From Candidatus Methylomirabilota bacterium (lineage in GTDB: Bacteria > Methylomirabilota > Methylomirabilia > Rokubacteriales > CSP1-6), in assembly GCA_035762565.1 (NCBI GenBank), contig DASTOJ010000015.1:11028-75027 (forward strand): a stretch of 64,000 bases of DNA, written 5' to 3'. Below the pieces are notes generated by a model. That model worked only from the letters and a program-made list of their open reading frames with translations, searched no databases and was not told where the DNA came from. Positions 49,883 through 57,836 of the stretch are shown here, piece after piece. Made by a program: the position numbers and the translations under genes. Each line of letters begins with the position of its first letter. Position 1 is the first letter of the stretch.

Positions 49883-51867
49883 TCGAGGCTCTCGGCGACC
49901 AGCTCGCTGACGTCCTTGACCGCCAGCCGCTCCTCCACTGCCTTGACCTTGCGGCCGAGATCCACCATGGCCAGGCAGAACGGGCACGCGGTCGCGACCA
50001 CGCGGGCGCCGGTTTCCAGCAGCTCCTCGGTGCGGATGATGTTCACGCGCCGCTCGGATTTGACCTCCATCCACATGTGGCCTCCACCGCCCCCGCAGCA
50101 CAGCCCGCGCTCGCGCGCACGGGGCGGGTCGATCACGCGCAGCCCGGGGATGGCTCCGAGGGCACGCCGGGGCGCGTCGAGGATGTCGTTGTAGCGGCCC
50201 AGGTAGCAGGAGTCGTGGAACGCCACGCCGGCCGCCACCTGCTTGAGCGGCTTGATGCGCCCGCTCTGGATCAGCTCGTCGATCACCTGCGAATGGTGAA
50301 CGACCTCGTAGGTCCCACCGAACTGCGGGAACTCGTTCCTGAGGGTGTTGAAGCAGTGCGGACAGTGCGTGATGACCTTCCGGAACCGGTACCGCCTCAG
50401 GCTCTCGACGTTCTCGGCCTGCAGCGTCTGATAGAGGTACTCCTCGCCGAGGCGGCGGGCCACCTCGCCGTGGCAGCGCTCCTCCTGCATCACCGCGTAC
50501 GACACGCCGGCCTTCTTCAAGATCGCGACCACCGAGCGGGCGATGGCCTGGTTGCGCTTGTCGTAGGACGCGGAGCAGCCGACCCAGTAGAGGTACTCGA
50601 CCTCTTTGTCCGGCTGCAGCACGGGCACGTCGAGGCCGTGGGCCCAGGCCAGCCGTTCGCCCGGCGGCAGGCCCCACGGGTTGCCGGCCCGCTGGATGTT
50701 CTGCAAGGACTGCGGCGCCGTGGACGGCAGCGCGCCCTCGGAGAGGGCCAGGTAGCGCCGCAGGTCGAGGATGGTGTCCACGATGTCGATGAAGGCCGGG
50801 CACTCCTCCACGCAGGCCATGCAGGTCGTGCACGCCCACAGCTCGTCGGCCTTGATCAGCTCTCCGTGGATGGGCCCCGGCCGCTGGCCGTGCATGTGGC
50901 GCTTGAGCTTGACGATGATCTGCTTGGGGCTGAGCGCGGTGCCCGCCAGGTAGGCCGGGCAGGCCGCCTGGCACCGGCCGCACTCCACGCAGGCGTCGAA
51001 ATCCAGCCGCCGCTTCCAGGAGAACTCCTCGAGCTTCGAGACGCCGAGCGTCTCGGCCTCCTCGATGTTCTCGATCTTCGGGATGGCGCCGCGTGGGGTG
51101 AGCTTGGAGAGGAAGATGTTGAGCGGCGTGGTGAGCATGTGCATGAAGTACGAGTGGGGGATGATGGCGATGAAGAACAGCGAGATCGCCGCGTGGAACA
51201 GCCACACGCCCAGGTGCGTGGCCCGCAGCGCGCCCTCCGACATCCCGGCGCCCAGCATCGCCTGGCCGAGGGCCCAGCCCACCGGCGACCATGCGCCCCA
51301 CCACGGCTGGACGACCGCCAGCCGGCAGGCTTCCATCACGAAGCCGGTGGCGTTGATCACGAACAGCAGCAGCAGGACGTGGGCGAAGCGCGCCTCGGGA
51401 TCGAGCCGGGCCGGGCGTAGCACGAAGCGGCGCGACACCGCCATGCCCAGGCCGATGACGAAGAAGAGCCCGAAGAGATCGAGGACCGTCTCGTAGTAGA
51501 GATAGAAATCACCCTTGAGCAGCTTGTAGTCCAAGAGCGGCAGCGTGATGTCGTAGTCGATCGTGGCCAGCACGGTGCCCAGGAACAGGGCGAGGAAGCC
51601 CCAGAACATGGTGGCGTGCATGACGCCCGGGTAGGCCTGCGAGAGCACGCGCGCCTGGCCGAGCGCGTGCTTGGCGACGAGCTTCACGCGCTGGGGGATC
51701 CGGTCCACGCGCGACTCCGGTCCGCCCCGCCGCCACAGCTGGATGCGCCGCCACACGCCCCACGCGAACAGCGCGATGGCGACGAATCCGCCGATGTAGA
51801 GCGCGATCTGCGCCCAGCCGGGAACGTTCCAGAACGTGTCTCGGAACGGCACGGTGCCGGTCGTCAT
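49879..51867 (-). CDS. Membrane-anchored (Fe-S)-binding oxidoreductase, HdrD/GlcF/DsrK-like with fused polytopic N-terminal domain
   Basis: ~250-aa TM domain, two ferredoxin clusters (CVECGRCQAACP; CTTCMACVEECP) and two CCG-type Cys-rich domains (YWVGCS..; HCPHCFNT; HDSCYLGR; GLCCGGGGG; ACPFC). Confidence 0.85.
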   Translation of the reverse strand: MTTGTVPFRDTFWNVPGWAQIALYIGGFVAIALFAWGVWRRIQLWRRGGPESRVDRIPQRVKLVAKHALGQARVLSQAYPGVMHATMFWGFLALFLGTVLATIDYDITLPLLDYKLLKGDFYLYYETVLDLFGLFFVIGLGMAVSRRFVLRPARLDPEARFAHVLLLLFVINATGFVMEACRLAVVQPWWGAWSPVGWALGQAMLGAGMSEGALRATHLGVWLFHAAISLFFIAIIPHSYFMHMLTTPLNIFLSKLTPRGAIPKIENIEEAETLGVSKLEEFSWKRRLDFDACVECGRCQAACPAYLAGTALSPKQIIVKLKRHMHGQRPGPIHGELIKADELWACTTCMACVEECPAFIDIVDTILDLRRYLALSEGALPSTAPQSLQNIQRAGNPWGLPPGERLAWAHGLDVPVLQPDKEVEYLYWVGCSASYDKRNQAIARSVVAILKKAGVSYAVMQEERCHGEVARRLGEEYLYQTLQAENVESLRRYRFRKVITHCPHCFNTLRNEFPQFGGTYEVVHHSQVIDELIQSGRIKPLKQVAAGVAFHDSCYLGRYNDILDAPRRALGAIPGLRVIDPPRARERGLCCGGGGGHMWMEVKSERRVNIIRTEELLETGARVVATACPFCLAMVDLGRKVKAVEERLAVKDVSELVAESLE

Positions 51868-52865
51868 CAGCGGTCCAACGATATCATGGGCAACAGGGCC
51901 TCCACGGCCGAGTAGGGATCGAGCGTGCCGGCGGCGACCTCGTCGAAGGTCGCGCGCAGCGCCCCGCCGGCGAGGCCGCGGGCGACACGCGCGCGGAACT
52001 CCTCCACCAGCAGCGTCTCCACCTCCGCGCGCCGCCGCCGGCGGCGGCGGGCCTCCAGCGCACTCCCCGCTTCGAGCGCGGCGCGGTGGCGGCGGATCTC
52101 GGCCAGCAGCCCGGCGATGCCGGCGTCGGCCTGGGCCTGGCTCGACAGCACCGGGATCTCCCAGTCGATGTCCTTGGGGGTGGTCGAGCTGGCGTGGTGC
52201 AGATGCGCGGCGAACTTCAGCTCGGCCATGAGGGCGGGGGCGCCCGCCCGATCGGCCTTGTTGACGACGAACACGTCGGCCGCCTCCATCAGCCCAGCCT
52301 TCATGGTCTGGACCGCGTCGCCCGATTCCGGCACCAGGACCACCACGGTCGTGTCGGCCAGCTTCATGATGTCGAGCTCGGTCTGCCCCACCCCGACCGT
52401 CTCCACCAGCACCCAGTCGTGGCCGAAGGCGGTCAACAGCTTGATGACCTCACCGGTGGAACGGGCCAGGCCGCCCAGCGACCCGCGGGTGGCCATCGAG
52501 CGGATGAACACGCCGGCGTCCAGCGCGTGGGCCTGCATGCGGATGCGGTCGCCGAGGACGGCGCCGCCGGTGAACGGGCTGGACGGGTCCACGGCCACGA
52601 TGCCGACGGTCCTGCCTTCCGTGCGCAGGTGGGCCGTGAGCCGGTCCACCACGGTGGACTTGCCGGCCCCCGGCGGCCCCGTGACGCCCACGGCGTAGCC
52701 GCCCCGCGCCCGCGAATCGACCGCCTTCATGATGGACGGCACCGCCGCCGTCCGGTTCTCGACGTGCGTGATCAGCCGCGCCAGCGCCAGCCGATCGCCC
52801 CCGAGCATGCGCTCGACGAGCATCGCGGGATCGGTGGCCCTCGGGGTGTGGTCAGGTCCGGACAT
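51867..52865 (-). CDS. meaB: MeaB/ArgK G3E-family GTPase (methylmalonyl-CoA mutase chaperone type)
   Basis: LARLITHVEN, GVTGPPGAGKST, DPSSPFTGGA.LGDR, LVETVGVGQ, VVNKAD. Its stop shares one nt with the downstream ATG (TGATG). Confidence 0.85.
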   Translation of the reverse strand: MSGPDHTPRATDPAMLVERMLGGDRLALARLITHVENRTAAVPSIMKAVDSRARGGYAVGVTGPPGAGKSTVVDRLTAHLRTEGRTVGIVAVDPSSPFTGGAVLGDRIRMQAHALDAGVFIRSMATRGSLGGLARSTGEVIKLLTAFGHDWVLVETVGVGQTELDIMKLADTTVVVLVPESGDAVQTMKAGLMEAADVFVVNKADRAGAPALMAELKFAAHLHHASSTTPKDIDWEIPVLSSQAQADAGIAGLLAEIRRHRAALEAGSALEARRRRRRRAEVETLLVEEFRARVARGLAGGALRATFDEVAAGTLDPYSAVEALLPMISLDR

Positions 52866-52887
52866 TGGTGATCTGGACAGCGGCCGG

Positions 52888-52896
52888 ATTGTAGCA
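52888..52896 (-). promoter_or_regulatory. Extended -10 element TGCTACAAT upstream of meaB
   Basis: Minus-strand TGC-TACAAT, 22 nt upstream of ATG 52865, in a lower-GC patch. No convincing -35. Confidence 0.35.
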
Positions 52897-53145
52897 CTCA
52901 GCAGCGAACGACGGGCGGAGGCACGAGCAGATCTTACTGCACGATGAAATCGGTGCCGTCGGCCACGAACGCAGCGACGGTTGGCCTTGCGGCGACGAGC
53001 ATGCCAACCTTAGAAACCTTCGCCGGTTGTTGGGTCATGGTCGAGAGTGCCACGCCGAGCACGGTCAATCCGGCCAACTCGATCACCGTAGACGTCCGCC
53101 GTCTCATGCCGACCTCCACGGCACGCATGGTACCATCCGACGGAC

Positions 53146-53514
53146 ATGCCGGGCGCGGGGTCACTGGTGCTGCGTGTGTTCGCCGATCCGCTGACGCCCG
53201 CGCGTGGCTGGCTCGACCGCCTCGTGCTCATCGTGCCGGCCGATCGTGCGACGCGTTGGCTGCTGGTGCTGGATGTCGCCTGCCTCCTATTGCTCGGACA
53301 CGAGCGGCGTCATCCGGGTCTCGCCGTGCCGTTGGTGCTCGCCGCTGGCTTCCTCGCGCTGAACGTTCTCGGAATGGCGGTGACCGACTTCGTCCTAGGT
53401 CTCGCGCTGTTCCATGTGGCCGTCACGGTGACGGCCGCGCTCGCCCTTCGACGCCGCCGTTGGTTCGGCCTGATGGCCTTGGCAGTCGTGCTGGCGGCCG
53501 GCATCCTGACCTGA
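53146..53514 (+). CDS. Hypothetical small membrane protein (3-4 TM)
   Basis: 122 aa with hydrophobic stretches WLLVLDVACLLLLG, LAVPLVLAAGFLALNVLGMAV, VLGLALFHVAVTVTAALAL, LMALAVVLAAGIL. No recognisable family. Confidence 0.45.
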   Translation: MPGAGSLVLRVFADPLTPARGWLDRLVLIVPADRATRWLLVLDVACLLLLGHERRHPGLAVPLVLAAGFLALNVLGMAVTDFVLGLALFHVAVTVTAALALRRRRWFGLMALAVVLAAGILT

Positions 53515-53528
53515 CGGCCGCGCGCGCG

Positions 53529-54146
53529 TCACATCGTCGGATGGCACTCCCGGCAGACCGGCTGGACGACGGCCGGTACGAGGAACCGTGGCGTGGCCTC
53601 GCCTCCCGTCACGTGTGACGCATGACACCCTATGCAGGCGACCGTCACCGTCTCGTGCTCGCGCATGCCATGAAAGGCGACTGTCCCCCCGGTCGGCGGC
53701 GACTGTAACGTTTCCAGGATCACTTCCTGTCCGGCCTCTCCGGTCGGCGAGGGCGCAGACGGTGCGGCAGCCTGCGGGCTGCGAGCCTTGAGGATGGGCG
53801 TGTGGCATTGCCGGCACTCGGCATCACGCAGCGGCAAGCGCATGTGGTCGGGTTCGGTGTACGTGCCGGCCAGAAACCGCAAGGTATCGAATCCGGCCAC
53901 GGCCCACACACGCAAGCGCATAGGCAGATCGGCGCCGCCGTGACAGGCGATGCATCCGACCGCGGCATCCGCCTGCCGGTGGGCGCCAGCGAGGTCGAGA
54001 GGGGCGGCGGTGACATACCTGGTGTACTTGTCCTCGTGCAGATGACAGGAGACACAGAAGCGGTTGTCCCGCTCCTTCGCCGCCAGCCCCGCGAGGAACA
54101 GGAGGGTGATCGCGAGGGCGCCGCCAGTGGCCGCGACCCCGAGCAC
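53529..54146 (-). CDS. Membrane-anchored pentaheme c-type cytochrome (NapC/NrfH-like)
   Basis: N-terminal TM helix, then five CxxCH motifs: CVSCH, CIACH, CRQCH, CIGCH, CRECH, in 205 aa. Confidence 0.85.
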   Translation of the reverse strand: MLGVAATGGALAITLLFLAGLAAKERDNRFCVSCHLHEDKYTRYVTAAPLDLAGAHRQADAAVGCIACHGGADLPMRLRVWAVAGFDTLRFLAGTYTEPDHMRLPLRDAECRQCHTPILKARSPQAAAPSAPSPTGEAGQEVILETLQSPPTGGTVAFHGMREHETVTVACIGCHASHVTGGEATPRFLVPAVVQPVCRECHPTM

Positions 54147-54190
54147 GATGCGTCGGGCGGTCGAAGCGATGGCGGCGCCTCGTTGCCTGT

Positions 54191-54991
54191 CTAGCGGACC
54201 GTGACCGTCACCGGCTTGGAGAAGACCACGCGGCCCGCGTTACCCCAGGTGCCGGCCCGTGGCGCGACAGTCGTCCCCACGGTCACGGTGCCGGCGGACG
54301 ACGCCTTCTCGGTGCCATAGAACATCACGGCGGCGATCGAGTAGGTCCCCGGCTGTTGCGGAGCCTTCAGGGTCCAGGTCGCCTTGCCGCCGGCGAACTT
54401 CTTGGCCGCCAGGTCGGCCTTCTGGTCCCAGATCAGCGCCGAGTTGATGTTCTTGCTCAGTGCCCCTCGCCCATCCACCCATTTCGTCTGTTCGGCGCCG
54501 TTGCTGTCGACCACCTTGGGGGGCCCGTTGATCTGCCAGCCGTCGGCCTGGATGATGCGGGCCTTGCGGCGCAGGTCCGTGTCGACCAGGGCGACGGCGA
54601 CGAGCTCATTGCCGCCGCGGGCCGTCACCGTGACCTGAACCTCCTGGCCCGGCTGCAGGGTCGCCGGCGCGGCGATGGTCACCGAGGCGCCCTGGTCCAT
54701 CGTCTTGACGTCGGCGAGCAGCTTCTGCCGGTCGGCCGGCGGCATCGCTTGGTAGGGCCCCTTCCCCTCCTCGATGGCCTTGTAGTGGAGGTTTTCGACG
54801 AAGAGGAAATTGGCGAGCCCGGCCGGCTCCGTGCGCAGCTGGTCCTTGCTGACCGAGGAGTGGCACGCCGCGCACTTGGGCTCGAGGTCGGTCACGTCGT
54901 ACACCGGCCCGCCGCTCCAGGCGAGCGTTGGTACGGGAGACACGAGCAAGACTGCCAGGGGTAAAGCCAAGACTGCGGTAAGACGGCTCAT
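54191..54991 (-). CDS. Secreted monoheme c-type cytochrome with beta-rich C-terminal domain
   Basis: Start MSRLTAVLALPLAVLL (signal peptide; SD AGGAGG). Single CAACH, followed by ~200 aa of Ig-like/beta-sandwich-looking sequence. Confidence 0.7.
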   Translation of the reverse strand: MSRLTAVLALPLAVLLVSPVPTLAWSGGPVYDVTDLEPKCAACHSSVSKDQLRTEPAGLANFLFVENLHYKAIEEGKGPYQAMPPADRQKLLADVKTMDQGASVTIAAPATLQPGQEVQVTVTARGGNELVAVALVDTDLRRKARIIQADGWQINGPPKVVDSNGAEQTKWVDGRGALSKNINSALIWDQKADLAAKKFAGGKATWTLKAPQQPGTYSIAAVMFYGTEKASSAGTVTVGTTVAPRAGTWGNAGRVVFSKPVTVTVR

Positions 54992-55049
54992 GGCGTCCTC
55001 CTGAGGTAGACGTCTCGACGGCAGATTCTCGGAATAGGGTAACCAGCGG

Positions 55050-55553
55050 TCATGCCCGCTGGTTCCCCTCGGCCGATGTCCGAGCGGTATTGCCATCCCC
55101 GTCGCCCAGTCTCGCCTCCATGACGAGCGCGTCCTCGCCGGTGTCGTAGTAATACCCCCGGCGGCGCCCCACGATCCGGAAGCCAAGCGACTCATAGAGC
55201 GTCACGGCGTGACGGTTGCTCGGACGGACCTCGAGCACGACGATCTTGAAGTCTCGCCCACGGGCATCGTCGAGCACCGTCCGGAGCAGCCCCCTTGCGA
55301 TCCCGTGGCGACGGGCGTCGGGCCGGACCGCGACGTTGGTGATGTGCAACTCGTCGGCCACCTCCCAGAGGCACAGGTAGCCGACCACGTGGGTGTCGTC
55401 GTCGCGCGCGACCCAGCAGCGGGCCACGCGGTTCTGCTGCATCTCGTAGAGGAAGGCGCCCCGCGACCACGGCATCGTGAACGACACCCGCTCGATCGCG
55501 AGGACCTCGTCGAGGTCCTCCGGCCGCATCCGGTCAAGCGCCAGCGACGCCAC
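55050..55553 (-). CDS. rimI: Ribosomal-protein-alanine N-acetyltransferase
   Basis: GNAT motifs (ITNVAVRPDARRHGIARGLL) with the conserved position directly after tsaB. Confidence 0.8.
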   Translation of the reverse strand: MASLALDRMRPEDLDEVLAIERVSFTMPWSRGAFLYEMQQNRVARCWVARDDDTHVVGYLCLWEVADELHITNVAVRPDARRHGIARGLLRTVLDDARGRDFKIVVLEVRPSNRHAVTLYESLGFRIVGRRRGYYYDTGEDALVMEARLGDGDGNTARTSAEGNQRA

Positions 55554-56208
55554 GGCGCTTCAGCTCGGCCTCGGACGGTCGCAGATAGAAGGGCGCGAGC
55601 GCCGCGGCGGCCACGGTGTCGCCCCGCCGCAGGCGCTCGAGGCCGAGCGCGCCGACGCAGGCCGGCGAGGGCAACCGGCGCGGCGACGGCAGCGCCCGTG
55701 CGTGCAGCGAGTGGATGGCCGGCGCCCCGTCACCCACGACGAGGGTGGGCTCGCTCAGCCGATCGGCCAGGGCGGCCGGCGGCAGCGCCAGGTAATCCCA
55801 CGCGCGCCGCATGGCCCCGGCGTCCCAGCGGTAGAGCGAGGCGTAGACCTCGCCTTTGCGCGCGTCGAGGACTGGGCACACGGGCAGCGCCGCCCACGGC
55901 ACCGCGGCGGCCATGGCGTCGAGCGTGGGCACGGCCGCGATGGGGAGTCCGAGCGCCAAGGCCAGCCCCTTGACGGTGCTCACGGCGATCCGCAGGCCGG
56001 TGAACGAGCCGGGGCCCACGGCGACGGCCAGTCCCTCCAGCGTGCGCGGCGTCCACCGCGCGTCGGCCAGCACGCGGTCCACCGCCGCCATGAGTCGCTC
56101 GGAGTGCGTGATGCTGACGTCGAGCAGGTATTCGGCGACGAGGCGCTCCTCGTCGAGCAGCGCCACCCCTCCGGCGAGCGACGAGGCTTCCACCGCCAGG
56201 ACGCGCAT
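55534..56208 (-). CDS. tsaB: tRNA t6A37 biosynthesis protein TsaB (YeaZ)
   Basis: MRVLAVEASSLAGGVALL...THSERLM...VAVGPGSFTGLRI. Confidence 0.85.
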   Translation of the reverse strand: MRVLAVEASSLAGGVALLDEERLVAEYLLDVSITHSERLMAAVDRVLADARWTPRTLEGLAVAVGPGSFTGLRIAVSTVKGLALALGLPIAAVPTLDAMAAAVPWAALPVCPVLDARKGEVYASLYRWDAGAMRRAWDYLALPPAALADRLSEPTLVVGDGAPAIHSLHARALPSPRRLPSPACVGALGLERLRRGDTVAAAALAPFYLRPSEAELKRRGVAGA

Positions 56209-56234
56209 ACGGGCGGGAGTCTAGCACGCGCCCG

Positions 56235-56243
56235 TGCGATAAT
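56235..56243 (+). promoter_or_regulatory. Extended -10 TGCGATAAT for the phosphoribosyltransferase gene
   Basis: TG-C-GATAAT at 56235-56243, SD AGGAGG at 56251-56256, ATG 56262. Confidence 0.4.
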
Positions 56244-56261
56244 GCCGGCCAGGAGGTCCGG

Positions 56262-56948
56262 ATGAGCGCGGCACCCCCCAGAAAGGATCCGGTCGCGGTC
56301 GAGGCCGAGGTGCGCGAGAAGATCCACCTGGAGATCCTCAAGCGCACCGGCGCCTATCACGCCAACGACCACGTGTTGCTGCCGTCGGGCCAGCACACCA
56401 CCGAGTACATCGAAAAGACCCTCGTGACGACCGAGCCGTCGTTCACCGAGGGCCTGGGCGGCGTCATCGCCAAGCACTTCGCCCAGTGGCCGGTGGACGT
56501 GGTCCTCTCCACCGGGCCCGGCGCCCTGATCCTCTCGCACTGCGTGGCTCGCGCGCATCCCTCCCGGCCGATCGTGGTCTACGGCGCCAAGGGACTGTCG
56601 CGGGGGAAGCGGCGCGTGACATTGCCCGTGGAGTTCCAGCGGCTGATCCGCCCGGGGACCCGGGTGCTGCTCGTCGAGGATCTGGTTTCCAGCGGCACGA
56701 CGCTCGACCTGCTGATCGAGCTGGTCGAGCAGCTGGGGGCCCAGGTCGTCGGGGTCGGCTGTCTGTGGCGGCGAACCTCGGTCGAGGTCGACAGCAAGCC
56801 GGTCTTCAGTCTGGTCAGCCGGGATTTTCCAACCTATGACCCGACTGACTGTCCTCTGTGTCGAAAAGGCGTGCCGCTCAACGAGGAGTTCGTGCGGCGC
56901 TCCAGCCATCGACGTCCCTCTGCGGTTCAGGAACCTAACGCCTCGTAA
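56262..56948 (+). CDS. Phosphoribosyltransferase family protein (orotate PRTase-like)
   Basis: PRPP-binding motif VLLVEDLVSSGTT; 228 aa. Confidence 0.75.
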   Translation: MSAAPPRKDPVAVEAEVREKIHLEILKRTGAYHANDHVLLPSGQHTTEYIEKTLVTTEPSFTEGLGGVIAKHFAQWPVDVVLSTGPGALILSHCVARAHPSRPIVVYGAKGLSRGKRRVTLPVEFQRLIRPGTRVLLVEDLVSSGTTLDLLIELVEQLGAQVVGVGCLWRRTSVEVDSKPVFSLVSRDFPTYDPTDCPLCRKGVPLNEEFVRRSSHRRPSAVQEPNAS

Positions 56949-57056
56949 AGTCGCCAGTCTCACCGTATCGCGTCATCGAAGCATTTCGGTGCCGGACCCC
57001 CTGGCCAAGCTCGGGCATGGCTCTTGCTGTCTGCACAGCTTCTAAAGGAGCCGCCC

Positions 57057-57812
57057 ATGATCGGCACGACGTTTGGGATCCTGCTCGCGCTGGTGCTGAT
57101 GCTGGCTGGACGACCGGCGGCCGCCGAACCGATCGCGGTCAAGTATACCGAGGGCCTGACCCGGGGCTTTCCCGTGCTGCGTGCGCTGAGTGGCGAGCGG
57201 CTCGCCCAGGGAGAGCTCATCCAGATCCCCCGCGGCGGCGACGTCGTCGAGAGCCGCCTCGCCTTCAAGTTCAAGGACGGCTCGCTCTACGACGAGCGTG
57301 TCGTGTTCTCCCAGCGCAACGTGTTCACCCTGCTCAGCTATCGCATCGTCCAGAAGGGCCCTTCCTTCCCGGAGACCGTGGAGGCGGTGGTCGACCGGGC
57401 CACCGGCCGTTACGAGGTCCGCTACCGCGGTGACGAGGACAGCCCCGAGGAGACGCTGACGGGGGACTTCGAGCTGCCGCTGGACGTCTACAACGGCCTG
57501 CTGTCGACGCTCCTGAAGAACCTGCCGGCGGGCGGCTCGGCGATGGTGCAGATCGTGGCCTTCACGCCGAAGCCCCGGCTGGTGACGATGCTCCTGGCCC
57601 CGTCGGCCGAGGACCCGATGCAGGTGAACGACGCGGCCATCATCGCCACGCGCTTCCTCATCCGCCCCCAGCTCGGCCTGTTCGCCTCGCTGCTGGTCGC
57701 CGACATACCCGACGTGAAGTGCTGGATCGCCGGCGGCGAGGCCCCCGCCTTCCTGCGCTTCGAGGGCCCCCTCTACTTCATGGGCCCCGTCTGGCGCATA
57801 GACTGGAGTTAG
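57057..57812 (+). CDS. Secreted hypothetical protein
   Basis: Start MIGTTFGILLALVLMLAGRPAAAEP (signal peptide; SD AAGGAG 7 nt upstream). No recognisable family. Confidence 0.6.
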   Translation: MIGTTFGILLALVLMLAGRPAAAEPIAVKYTEGLTRGFPVLRALSGERLAQGELIQIPRGGDVVESRLAFKFKDGSLYDERVVFSQRNVFTLLSYRIVQKGPSFPETVEAVVDRATGRYEVRYRGDEDSPEETLTGDFELPLDVYNGLLSTLLKNLPAGGSAMVQIVAFTPKPRLVTMLLAPSAEDPMQVNDAAIIATRFLIRPQLGLFASLLVADIPDVKCWIAGGEAPAFLRFEGPLYFMGPVWRIDWS

Positions 57813-57836
57813 CCCGCGACCGAGCCCCTCCGAGGC

